This document shows, piece after piece, positions 7,212-15,449 of a stretch of 55,775 bases of DNA (positions are counted from its first letter, which is position 1; every line of letters starts with the position of its first letter). Both the position numbers and the translations under genes were made by a program. The notes under the pieces were generated by a model, which searched no databases, was not told the origin of the DNA, and saw only the letters and a program-made list of their open reading frames with translations. This DNA is from an uncultured Gammaproteobacteria bacterium (GTDB lineage: Bacteria > Patescibacteriota > Microgenomatia > Curtissbacterales > GWA2-41-24): contig CAZLVB010000004.1 in the NCBI GenBank assembly GCA_964562855.1, forward strand, positions 1-55,775. Direction: 5' to 3'.

Positions 7212-7556
7212 TTAGAATGACGGCGTCAGAAACTCTAAAAATTTCCGGCAGATCTTGAATAAATGGAGCCAATACTTCGGGAGGCTCCATGGAAGGAATT
7301 CTCCCGAGCCGTTTTTCTTCACTAATTTTCTAAAGTCTTTAAAATTAACAGTGATCACAAAACAATTTTTCTCGGTCGCCTTTTGGTAAATATCTTTGTC
7401 TTCTGCTTGTCTGGATAGCCCAAAATCATATACACAATGATAAATTTTTGCGCGCTTCGTAAGTTTTGGAAAAAACTCTAACTTTGCGAATGCCGAATCA
7501 AGTACGAGCCGAAACTTGCGTTTCTTTTTAAGTTTTTTAAGGGATCTTTTAGGCAA
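7212..7556 (-). CDS. DUF5615/PIN-like putative toxin, possibly frameshifted in its 3' third
   Basis: 114 aa with a TTG start overlapping the upstream DUF433 reading frame. Contains ...DKDIYQKATEKNCFVITVNFKDF. After ...NGSG, an alternative frame (IPSMEPPEVLAPFIQDLPEIF...) looks more family-like. Confidence 0.45.
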   Translation of the reverse strand: MPKRSLKKLKKKRKFRLVLDSAFAKLEFFPKLTKRAKIYHCVYDFGLSRQAEDKDIYQKATEKNCFVITVNFKDFRKLVKKNGSGEFLPWSLPKYWLHLFKICRKFLEFLTPSF

Positions 7557-7753
7557 CTTTTGTCGAGTAGTAGCTGTAAATTTCCTGCAGATCTTTTTTC
7601 GTTAACTTAAGATATGGATATTCTTTTTTAAAGTCTTTTATTTTATAACCTTGAATGTGCAGAGCCACCACACGAGCAACCGGAATTCTCGTGCCTCTCA
7701 AAACGGGTTGCCCCCCCCAAAACTTTTGGATTAGTTTGAATTATGTCTGGCAT
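7549..7753 (-). pseudogene. DUF433-like antitoxin gene interrupted by a frameshift in a G8/C8 homopolymer
   Basis: The minus strand reads MPDIIQTNPKVLGG, then a run of 8 G (plus-strand C8 at 7711-7718). With 7 G the frame continues QPVLRGTRIPVARVV...YPYLKLTKKDLQEIYSYY, giving a 67-aa DUF433 pattern. Confidence 0.65.
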
Positions 7754-7797
7754 AAATACATTATACACATTTCGGTCAATACGGCCTCGCCTCAAAA

Positions 7798-7833
7798 GGA
7801 CGCCAAACGTCCCGGGGAAATTGCAGTTGTGGA
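7798..7833 (+). repeat. Repeat family F2
   Basis: GGACGCCAAACGTCCCGGGGAAATTGCAGTTGTGGA, which aligns with 9222-9259. Confidence 0.8.
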
Positions 7834-7840
7834 AAAGAAA

Positions 7841-8074
7841 TTAAATAGAGGCGAATCCTCTTACGTGTAGAATCTCATCTGTCGCCATTGACCGTACATC
7901 TGAAGTTTTAAGAGTTATCACAGCAACCGTTTTACCAGCTGTAATAAACTCTACTTCTACTGCCCGGCCCTCGTTATAGACGTGCACAATTGTTCCAATG
8001 TCGCCTTTCTTGAGTCCGTGCTTCTTGAAATCTTTTGTTAACACAACAGTATCTAATTCATTCATAATGTCCAT
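7841..8074 (-). CDS. DUF4926-like small protein
   Basis: 77 aa. VVLTKDFKKHGLKKGDIGTIVHVYNEGRAVEVEF is the characteristic DUF4926 pattern. Confidence 0.6.
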   Translation of the reverse strand: MDIMNELDTVVLTKDFKKHGLKKGDIGTIVHVYNEGRAVEVEFITAGKTVAVITLKTSDVRSMATDEILHVRGFASI

Positions 8075-8075
8075 A

Positions 8076-8438
8076 TTATACAGGATAAACAGTGATAAAT
8101 CGAGGATTTTTTTGACCTTTTTCTATAATCCAAATTGTTCTGACATGAATAGTTTTTCCGTGAGGTGCATTAATGTTTCCATCAAGAACGTATTTTGTTC
8201 CATATTGTGAAGTTTGTAGATCAATAACATCTTCTGATTCAGCAATCTTCTGTAACTCCTTTTCAAATATTGAGACATTAACCTCAACTAACCCAAACTT
8301 GCGAAAGATTTTTGCTTTAAACTTACCTGTGGAATGTGTTTCTGAAAGAATATAATCGGTTAACTTTTTGCGCTGTATGATGGCTTTTTTACCATTCGGA
8401 AGCTTCATTCGATTGATTATAGCATTGCTCCAAACCAT
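8076..8438 (-). CDS. DUF6883-like protein, upstream partner of DUF4926
   Basis: 120 aa. Contains KLTDYILSETHSTGKFKAKIFRKFG. There is a 1-nt gap to the downstream gene. Confidence 0.5.
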   Translation of the reverse strand: MVWSNAIINRMKLPNGKKAIIQRKKLTDYILSETHSTGKFKAKIFRKFGLVEVNVSIFEKELQKIAESEDVIDLQTSQYGTKYVLDGNINAPHGKTIHVRTIWIIEKGQKNPRFITVYPV

Positions 8439-8500
8439 AGATATTCAAAACCCCAACAAGAACGGTCCTCAACTAGCCTGCGACAACGGATTCGGCAAGC

Positions 8501-8553
8501 CTTCGACCTCGAGCTCAGATCTTCGATTCCGAGATCACTCAGATTCGAGGAAC
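8501..8553. repeat. GC-rich palindromic element, intergenic copy
   Basis: CTTCGACCTCGAGCTCAGATCTTCGATTCCGAGATCACTCAGATTCGAGGAAC matches the reverse complement of 36511-36560 (inside miaB) at roughly 46 of 50 positions. Confidence 0.85.
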
Positions 8554-8621
8554 CGAATCGGCTCACCGCAAGCACTGCCAAAATTGCCACTTTCTTTCAA
8601 AAAGTTCTAATTTTAAATATG

Positions 8622-9098
8622 CTAATTAACTACAAGGATGGCGAAGTTAAGGAGAGCAGCAAAGGTTACCCAAAGAATGTAGGGGATTAGAATAATGCCG
8701 GCAGGTTTTGATATCTTGTAAAAAGCATAAATTGTTGCGGCGATTGCCAGCCAGAGAACGATAATCCCCGCAAATGCCAATGAGGGTGATTTTAAGCCGA
8801 AGAATAAAAAGGACCATAAAACATTTAAAATCAGCTGCAGTGCAAAGATAAAAAGTGCAATTCGAACCACCTTTTTAATAACGCCTTTTTCCCAAATTAA
8901 AAAGGCAGAAACTCCCATCAAAAGATAAAGAAGTGTCCAGACCGGAGCAAAAATCCAGTTTGGCGGGTTAAAAGAAGGTTTAGTTAAAGTTGCGTACCAA
9001 GTCTCAATAGAAGAAGAAGTAAATATGGAACCTGCCGCACCCACCAGTTCAACAAGCACCACAAAAACCAAAACGTGGGCGGCCCTTTTTATCCCCAT
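8622..9098 (-). CDS. tspO: TspO/MBR family tryptophan-rich sensory protein
   Basis: 158 aa with five hydrophobic helices. Contains FNPPNWIFAPVWTLLYLLMG. Confidence 0.8.
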   Translation of the reverse strand: MGIKRAAHVLVFVVLVELVGAAGSIFTSSSIETWYATLTKPSFNPPNWIFAPVWTLLYLLMGVSAFLIWEKGVIKKVVRIALFIFALQLILNVLWSFLFFGLKSPSLAFAGIIVLWLAIAATIYAFYKISKPAGIILIPYILWVTFAALLNFAILVVN

Positions 9099-9150
9099 GC
9101 TTTAATAATAAATTACTCCCCAACCATTCTCAAAGTCTTCATTCTCCAAA

Positions 9151-9201
9151 CCTGCCTGCCCATTCGGGTCTGAGCCTCAGGGTCGAAGACCGGCAGGCAG
9201 G
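9151..9201. repeat. Split CCTGCCTGCC / GGCAGGCAGG inverted repeat with nested hairpin
   Basis: The arms at 9151-9160 and 9192-9201 are perfect complements. The 31-nt loop contains CTGAGCCTCAG. The same arms occur fused at 15268-15289 and 37992-38009. Confidence 0.75.
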
Positions 9202-9221
9202 GGCGGGCAGGCACCACAGGA

Positions 9222-9259
9222 GGACGCCAAGCGCCCCGGGGAAATTGTAATTGTGGAGG
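9222..9259 (+). repeat. Repeat family F2
   Basis: GGACGCCAAGCGCCCCGGGGAAATTGTAATTGTGGAGG. Confidence 0.8.
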
Positions 9260-9308
9260 GGGAAGATTCATTCTTTTTAGATTAGCAAACGCTTGGTATA
9301 ATAACGTC

Positions 9309-9542
9309 ATGACCAATAAATTGGATTACATTATTAAATTAACTTATGACAAAGAATATAAAGGGTACGTTGCGGACGTAGTGAATTTGTATGGCTGTAT
9401 GAGTCAGGGTAAAACCAAAAAAGAAGCGATCGCAAACGCGAAAAAAGCCATTAACGCATATATTGAAGCTACTACCAAAAAAGCTGAAAAAGGCGCCGAA
9501 TTTGCCAAAGCTTCGGTTAGTTCTCGAGTCGCGCTTAATTAA
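9309..9542 (+). CDS. hicB: HicB-like antitoxin
   Basis: 77 aa. Contains YKGYVADVVNLYGCMSQGKTKKEAIANAKKAINAYIE (UPF0150/HicB fold pattern). Confidence 0.7.
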   Translation: MTNKLDYIIKLTYDKEYKGYVADVVNLYGCMSQGKTKKEAIANAKKAINAYIEATTKKAEKGAEFAKASVSSRVALN

Positions 9543-9545
9543 CAA

Positions 9546-9767
9546 ATGGGCAGATTTGCCAATATTTCCGGTAGATCTGCAGTTAAAAGCCTTATAAAGT
9601 TTGGATATAGTCATACTCACACTTCCGGTGATCATGCAATTCTACAAAAAGAAGGGGCGCCTACTCTTTCTATTCCCCTGCATAGAGAAGTAGCCCCAAA
9701 TTTGTTGAAAGCGCAGATAAAAAGAGCGGGAATTAGTCAAGACGATTTTTTGAAGAAAGTAAAATAA
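9546..9767 (+). CDS. hicA: HicA-like mRNA interferase toxin
   Basis: 73 aa. Contains LIKFGYSHTHTSGDHAILQKEG...LSIPLHREVAPNLLKAQIKRAGIS. Confidence 0.75.
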   Translation: MGRFANISGRSAVKSLIKFGYSHTHTSGDHAILQKEGAPTLSIPLHREVAPNLLKAQIKRAGISQDDFLKKVK

Positions 9768-10064
9768 GCCCATAAGGATACTCCTTAACGTCCGTCTACT
9801 AAGAAATCGCCTCTTGCAAAGGCGCTAGGAGTAGGATAAATCAGCCTCCAGCGAAGCTGGATCTGATATTTCCCTCTTGCAATGAAGCTAGCATTGGGAT
9901 ATAATCTGCGGCTAGTTTGTACACCTGCACAACACCTGTCAAACGCCCAAATTTAGCTTCGGCCTAAAGCTAAAACCAAAAAGAAAATTTTACGTCTGTG
10001 AATAAGTTCGTGAAAAGTGACATCTTGACAATTGTCCAAGTTTTATCGATAAAGGAGTAAGGCC

Positions 10065-10343
10065 ATGAAAATCGTATCATTAACCAGAGGGCAAAAACTA
10101 AAAAATCTAAAGAAAAAGCTTTCTGAGCTTGAAGAGGTTAAGTTAAAGCAAGCCCTAGCCAAGTATGGAGAAGCTTATCAGGAATCGGGCGCGGCCTGGC
10201 AGGAAAACGCGGCCTGGGAACTGGCAGACGAGGAAGTTTCCGTAATTCGAGCAATGATTGCAGAAATTAAAAGGGAAATTGTCACCCTGGAACATCCTCT
10301 TCCAACAGCTTCCGTTCCTCTGGCCATAAAAAAGGGGAAATAA
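10065..10343 (+). CDS. Hypothetical coiled-coil protein (weak GreA N-terminal-like)
   Basis: 92 aa. AAWQENAAWELADEEVSVIRAMIAEIKREI loosely resembles the GreA coiled coil. A GGAG lies 8 nt upstream of the ATG. Confidence 0.4.
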   Translation: MKIVSLTRGQKLKNLKKKLSELEEVKLKQALAKYGEAYQESGAAWQENAAWELADEEVSVIRAMIAEIKREIVTLEHPLPTASVPLAIKKGK

Positions 10344-10370
10344 TCCAAATTAGATTAGAATAGTAAGATA

Positions 10371-12512
10371 ATGGCAGAAAAAACATCTCGACTTTATCCT
10401 TTAGATCGCATAAGGAACATCGGCATCATTGCCCATATTGACGCGGGCAAAACAACTACCACCGAGAGAATTCTTTTTTACACAGGCAAAACTTACAAAC
10501 TGGGCAACATTGATGAGGGAACAACTGTTACCGATTGGATGGCCCAGGAAAAAGAGCGGGGAATTACCATCGTTTCCGCAGCCGTAACAACATTTTGGAA
10601 GCCTAAAGATGGCCCGTTTGCCGGAATCGATATGCGAATAAATATTATAGACACTCCCGGCCACGTCGATTTTACCGCCGAAGTCGAAAGGTCCCTGCGG
10701 GTGTTGGACGGAGGAGTTACAGTTCTTGACGCCGAAGAAGGCGTGCAGAGCCAATCAGAAACAGTCTGGCGCCAGGCTGACAAGTATAAAGTACCGCGCA
10801 TTTGTTTTGTCAACAAAATGGACAAAGTCGGTGCAGATTTTTACGAAACACTTTCGTCAATCCGTCAGAAACTGCAAGCACCGGCAGTCGCCTACAACTT
10901 GCCGATTGGCAAAGAAAATGATTTTAGCGGAGTCGTCGATTTGCTCACCCAAAAAGCCTATATTTGGGAAGAGGAGTCGGCCAAAAAAGGCGGTATGGAT
11001 TTTAAGGAGGTGCCGATACCGCAAAAAATGCACGCCGACGTCGAAAAATATCGAGCACAACTGGTTGAAAAAATCGCAGAAAATGATGAGGCTCTTGTCG
11101 AAAAATATCTTGCCGGAGACAAGATAACTGTTGAGGAACTGAAAAAAGCGCTAAGAAGCGCAGTCATCGCATATAAGATAGTGCCGGTACTTGCCGGCTC
11201 CAGTCTTCGAAATAAGGGAGTCCAGCTGCTTCTGGACGCGGTCGTTGAGTATTTACCATCTCCCATTGACATAGAAACTGTCGAAGGCACTAACCCTAAG
11301 ACAAATGAAAAGGAAATCCGCAAGCAGGTAATCGAAGCACCATTTGGCGGCCTTGCCTTTAAAGTCCAAATTGATCCGCATGTTGGTAAATTAAATTACG
11401 TAAGAATCTACTCAGGTACCCTCAAATCCGGTACTTCAATTTTAAATACTACTAAGAAGGAACGCGAGCGAATCGGCAGAATATTATTAATGCACGCCAA
11501 TACCAGAGAAGAAATTGCCGAAGCATACGCAGGCGAAATAGTGGCGGTGGTCGGCTTAAAAAGTACTACTACCGGTGACACGCTCTGCGATGAAAATTCG
11601 CCAATTATTTTAGAGTCTATCTCTTTTCCGGATCCGGTAATTTCTTTGGCAATCGAGCCGGCGACAAAAGCCGATCAGGAAAAACTCGGATACGCTCTTG
11701 GCAGACTCTCAGAAGAAGACCCTACTTTTAAGATTAAGGGTGATCCGGAAACCGGCCAGACAATTATTTCCGGCATGGGAGAATTGCACCTGGAAATTTT
11801 AGTTGACAGAATGAAGAGAGAATTTTCTGTGGCCGCCAATGTCGGCAGTCCGCAAGTTGCCTACAAAGAAACGATTAAAGAGATAGGCAAAGGTGAAGGT
11901 AAATATATCAGGCAGTCCGGAGGAAGAGGTCAGTATGGACACTGTTTTTTAAGGGTTGAGCCGCAACCCAGAGGCGAAGGTTATCAGTTCGTCTCCGAGA
12001 TTAAAGGAGGGACAATTCCCCAGGAATTCATTCCGTCTGTTGAAAAAGGCGTCCGCGAGAAAATGGAAACCGGAGTTCTTGCCGGTTACCCCATGGTTGA
12101 TATGAAAGTTGCCGTCTACGACGGTACTTATCATGATGTTGATTCTTCCGACATTGCTTTTAAAATTGCCGGCTCCCTTGCTCTAGAGGAGGCTGTCAAG
12201 AATGCCCAGCTTGCGCTTTTGGAACCTATCATGAAGGTTGAGGTGACCATTCCAGAAGAATTTATGGGCGATGTTATCGGCGATTTGTCTGCCAAGCGCG
12301 CCCAAATTCACAAAAGCGAACATCATGGAAATAGCACAATTATCACAGCCCTTGTGCCTTTAGCCGAAATGTCCGGTTATGTCACAACTTTAAGATCTAT
12401 GACCCAGGGCAGAGGCTCCGCCTACATGGAGCCGTCGCACTATGAGGAAGTTCCTCAAAACATCTCCGACAAAATAGTATCGAAGGTTCGAGGAGAGAAA
12501 TCAGAAAGTTAA
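10371..12512 (+). CDS. fusA: Elongation factor G
   Basis: 713 aa. Contains [26 protein letters not shown] and NKMD motifs. Full-length EF-G domain layout. Confidence 0.97.
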   Translation: MAEKTSRLYPLDRIRNIGIIAHIDAGKTTTTERILFYTGKTYKLGNIDEGTTVTDWMAQEKERGITIVSAAVTTFWKPKDGPFAGIDMRINIIDTPGHVDFTAEVERSLRVLDGGVTVLDAEEGVQSQSETVWRQADKYKVPRICFVNKMDKVGADFYETLSSIRQKLQAPAVAYNLPIGKENDFSGVVDLLTQKAYIWEEESAKKGGMDFKEVPIPQKMHADVEKYRAQLVEKIAENDEALVEKYLAGDKITVEELKKALRSAVIAYKIVPVLAGSSLRNKGVQLLLDAVVEYLPSPIDIETVEGTNPKTNEKEIRKQVIEAPFGGLAFKVQIDPHVGKLNYVRIYSGTLKSGTSILNTTKKERERIGRILLMHANTREEIAEAYAGEIVAVVGLKSTTTGDTLCDENSPIILESISFPDPVISLAIEPATKADQEKLGYALGRLSEEDPTFKIKGDPETGQTIISGMGELHLEILVDRMKREFSVAANVGSPQVAYKETIKEIGKGEGKYIRQSGGRGQYGHCFLRVEPQPRGEGYQFVSEIKGGTIPQEFIPSVEKGVREKMETGVLAGYPMVDMKVAVYDGTYHDVDSSDIAFKIAGSLALEEAVKNAQLALLEPIMKVEVTIPEEFMGDVIGDLSAKRAQIHKSEHHGNSTIITALVPLAEMSGYVTTLRSMTQGRGSAYMEPSHYEEVPQNISDKIVSKVRGEKSES

Positions 12513-12653
12513 GATAGACAACATTTTTAGTTTATCTAGATTTGCCACTTGCATTTTCCCGCTGTAATAATATAAACTATCAAAACTTGATATCAGCCTG
12601 TCCAGTTTTAAGCTGGGCAAAAGGCTGGTATTATTTTTAATCCAAATTTCGCC

Positions 12654-13835
12654 ATGGCTGAAAAATTCGAACGAACAAAACCACACGTTAATATCGGTAC
12701 TATTGGTCACGTTGATCACGGTAAAACAACCCTAACCAGTGCTATTACTCAGGTACTTTCCAAGAAGGGCCTGGCTCAGGCAAAATCCTTTGAACAAATC
12801 GACAACGCCCCCGAGGAAAAGCAGCGCGGCATAACTATCAATATTACTCACGTTGAATATGAAACAGAAAAGAGACACTACGCTCATATCGACGCGCCGG
12901 GCCACGCGGATTACATCAAAAATATGATTACCGGCGCCGCCCAAATGGACGGTGCTGTTTTAGTTGTCAGCGCTCCGGACGGGCCAATGCCCCAGACGAG
13001 AGAGCATGTCCTTTTAGCCAGGCAAGTTAACGTACCCGCAATTGTTGTATTTCTCAATAAGGTCGATATGGTTCAAGACCCGGAGCTTCTGGATCTTGTT
13101 GAACTCGAAGTTCGCGAACTTTTGGATAAATATCAGTTCGACGGGAAAAATGCCACAATTATTCGCGGATCAGCACTGAAGGCCTTAGAAGGCGACGCAG
13201 AATCGGTCAAGGCAATTGAAGATCTTATGGCAGCTGTTGATGAAAAAATCCCAACCCCAACAAGAGACCTGGACAAACCTTTCCTGATGCCGGTCGAAGA
13301 TGTCTTTTCCATCAAAGGCCGTGGTACCGTCGTCACGGGTAGAGTTGAACGTGGAGTTGTCAAAGTCAATGAAGAAATTGAAATCGTCGGCATCAAACCT
13401 ACCAAGAAAACAATAGTCACCGGAGTTGAGATGTTCAGAAAAGAACTTGACCAAGGCCAAGCCGGCGACAATATCGGTGTTCTTTTGCGGGGGATCGAAA
13501 AAAATGATGTAGAGAGAGGTCAGGTTTTGGCCAAGCCCGGCTCAACAACTCCGCATACGGAATTTGAAGCAGAAGTTTACATTTTAGCCAAGGAAGAGGG
13601 TGGTCGGCATACCCCGTTCTTTACCGGCTACAGGCCACAGTTTTACATAAGAACAACCGACGTAACCGGCGAAGCAACCCTGCCTGAGGGTACAGAAATG
13701 GTCATGCCCGGAGACAATATCAAAATGAAAGTCAAGCTTATTGAGCCGGTTGCCATGGAAGAAGGACTTAGATTTGCCATCCGTGAGGGTGGCCATACTG
13801 TAGGCGCCGGCGTAGTTTCCAAAATTATTGCCTAG
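12654..13835 (+). CDS. tuf: Elongation factor Tu
   Basis: 393 aa. Contains [18 protein letters not shown] and NKVD. Confidence 0.98.
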   Translation: MAEKFERTKPHVNIGTIGHVDHGKTTLTSAITQVLSKKGLAQAKSFEQIDNAPEEKQRGITINITHVEYETEKRHYAHIDAPGHADYIKNMITGAAQMDGAVLVVSAPDGPMPQTREHVLLARQVNVPAIVVFLNKVDMVQDPELLDLVELEVRELLDKYQFDGKNATIIRGSALKALEGDAESVKAIEDLMAAVDEKIPTPTRDLDKPFLMPVEDVFSIKGRGTVVTGRVERGVVKVNEEIEIVGIKPTKKTIVTGVEMFRKELDQGQAGDNIGVLLRGIEKNDVERGQVLAKPGSTTPHTEFEAEVYILAKEEGGRHTPFFTGYRPQFYIRTTDVTGEATLPEGTEMVMPGDNIKMKVKLIEPVAMEEGLRFAIREGGHTVGAGVVSKIIA

Positions 13836-13846
13836 GCGCAAAATTA

Positions 13847-13883
13847 CCCCTCCTAAGCATTTTGCAATAGGAGGATTTTTTTT
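13847..13883 (+). terminator. Rho-independent terminator after tuf
   Basis: A CCCCTCCT...AGGAGGA stem followed by T8 (13876-13883). Confidence 0.7.
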
Positions 13884-14061
13884 AGTACAATTGGCAGATT
13901 AGATCGGGTTGACTTACGAACGGTCGAGAATTAATAAAATGACATTATTAATCTTGTATTTTGCGCCTAACCGCCTAAAATAAGAAACTTCTCGACTTAA
14001 TCTCAACTCTGCTTTCAATTTGCAATTTGCATTTGTCGCTGCACCTTAAATTTAAACTTTA

Positions 14062-14370
14062 ATGTCAAAAGGAAGAATTCGAGTCAAAATTAAAGCATAC
14101 GATGCGCGTGTAATCGATGCCGCTTGTCGTGACATCATTAACACAGCCCTTTCGACCGGTGCCAAGATTTCCGGTCCGATACCACTGCCTACCAGAATCG
14201 AAAGGTTTACTGTGCTGACTAGTCCGCATACCGACAAAGATGCCCGCGAGCAATTTGAAATGAGGATTCACAAGCGCTTGATAGATATTATTGAACCAAC
14301 AAATAAGACAATTGATAGTTTGACTCATTTGGACTTACCTGCAGGTGTTGATATCGAGATAAAGATGTGA
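14062..14370 (+). CDS. rpsJ: 30S ribosomal protein S10
   Basis: 102 aa. Contains [10 protein letters not shown]...[32 protein letters not shown]. Confidence 0.97.
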   Translation: MSKGRIRVKIKAYDARVIDAACRDIINTALSTGAKISGPIPLPTRIERFTVLTSPHTDKDAREQFEMRIHKRLIDIIEPTNKTIDSLTHLDLPAGVDIEIKM

Positions 14371-14457
14371 TCGTGTCCTTAGGTCATGTCAATTGTCTTG
14401 CGAGAGTTGTATATACTATTAAAATCGAATGTTTTTAAATAGCCGTCTCACTCTCTA

Positions 14458-14523
14458 AAGACAATTGATAGTTTGACTCATTTGGACTTACCGGCAGGCG
14501 TGGATATCGAAATTAAAATGTAA
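14458..14523 (+). pseudogene. Orphan second copy of the rpsJ 3' end (last 21 codons plus stop)
   Basis: Aligns with 14305-14370 and encodes the identical [21 protein letters not shown]-stop. All differences are synonymous apart from the stop codon itself (TGA vs TAA). The frame is closed by TAG at 14440. Confidence 0.85.
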
Positions 14524-14570
14524 ACCATTAACAATTTTCGCGCAGAGCGAATAAATTGCAATTGTTAATC

Positions 14571-14629
14571 GGTAGGACACCTGAAACCCTCAAAAGCGAG
14601 AGGTTAATCTTAAGGTATCCTACCTTTTT
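14571..14629 (+). terminator. Terminator/attenuator-like hairpin just upstream of rplC
   Basis: GGTAGGA (14571-14577) pairs with TCCTACC (14618-14624). There is inner pairing, followed by T5. The structure ends 10 nt before the rplC ATG. Confidence 0.4.
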
Positions 14630-14639
14630 AGTGCTTATT

Positions 14640-15449
14640 ATGATTAATACTTTGCTTGGAACAAAACTAAATATGTCTGGCAGATTTGACCGATTCGGAC
14701 GACGAATTCCGGTTACTATTATCGAGGCTGCGCCCAATATTGTCTTAGCCGTTGGCGATAATAAGGTACAAGTAGCCTCCGGTCAGAAAAAAAAGATTAA
14801 AAAAACAGAAAATGCCTACGTTAAAATTGCCGGGTTCGCTCCTAGGATTGTTAGAGAAATAAAGATCGATGAGCATGCGTTTACTTCCGAACAATCGAAA
14901 AAATTTTCAGCCGGAGATAAAGTTGATGTTTCGGTTTTTGAAGCAGGAGACCTTGTTAAAGTTACCGGGATAACGCGCGGTAAAGGTTTTGCTGGAGTCG
15001 TCAAAAGGTGGGGCTTTGCCGGAGGGCCTAAAACTCACGGGCAGTCAGACAGACATCGGGCACCAGGATCTATTGGCAAAGGAACCACACCCGGCAGAGT
15101 ATTTAAAGGTAAAAAAATGGCTGGTCACATGGGCGCTTCAAAAAAAACCATAAATAATTTAGAAGTTCTAGAGGTAGACAGCAAGAACAACCTGTTAATT
15201 ATCAAAGGTTCAGTCCCCGGCGCCAGAAGCACACTTTTGACAATCACCAAGACAGGCAAAGCAAAAGCCCTGCCTGCCGGCAGGCAGGGATACACGCCGC
15301 CTCCACCACAAAAAGAGTCAGATGATACTACCGAGAAAGAGGCAAAAGAGGGTACTCAGGCTCAAACAAAACATGAAACTAACGTTGAATCAACTGCCAC
15401 TTCAGAAAATGCAAAGTCGAAGGAGGAGAAGAAAAATGACCAAGACTAA
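14640..15449 (+). CDS. rplC: 50S ribosomal protein L3 with an acidic/polar C-terminal tail of about 60 aa
   Basis: Start chosen at MINTLLGTKLNMSGRF (canonical L3 N-terminus). The ORF-track start at 14556 adds non-homologous residues. The tail begins at ALPAGRQG. Confidence 0.9.
   Translation: MINTLLGTKLNMSGRFDRFGRRIPVTIIEAAPNIVLAVGDNKVQVASGQKKKIKKTENAYVKIAGFAPRIVREIKIDEHAFTSEQSKKFSAGDKVDVSVFEAGDLVKVTGITRGKGFAGVVKRWGFAGGPKTHGQSDRHRAPGSIGKGTTPGRVFKGKKMAGHMGASKKTINNLEVLEVDSKNNLLIIKGSVPGARSTLLTITKTGKAKALPAGRQGYTPPPPQKESDDTTEKEAKEGTQAQTKHETNVESTATSENAKSKEEKKNDQD
15268..15289. repeat. Perfect 22-nt palindrome inside the rplC coding sequence
   Basis: CCCTGCCTGCCGGCAGGCAGGG. An 18-nt identical string lies at 37992-38009, and the same arms occur split at 9151-9201. 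Confidence 0.9.

Noticed and set aside
7655-7870. Plus-strand 71-aa ORF
   Set aside because: It runs antisense to the frameshifted DUF433 gene and across an F2 repeat. No motif is present, so it is likely spurious.
8368-9316. ORFs 8368-8610 (+) and 9113-9316 (-)
   Set aside because: Both are composed of the GC-rich palindromic repeat sequences and have Pro/Arg/Gly-rich composition. They are better explained as repeat elements.
1-9800. Prophage, IS element or ICE interpretation of the accessory island
   Set aside because: No integrase, transposase, capsid, terminase or conjugation genes are present in the window, and no long terminal inverted repeats were seen.
14556-14639. Longer N-terminal extensions offered by the ORF track for rplC (14556), rplD (15322), rpsC (18084), rplF (21676), rpsK (27053), purD (46556), purQ (52675) and adk (24790)
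   Set aside because: The extensions are non-homologous, overlap upstream genes or repeat elements, and bypass internal starts that have canonical N-termini and Shine-Dalgarno sequences.
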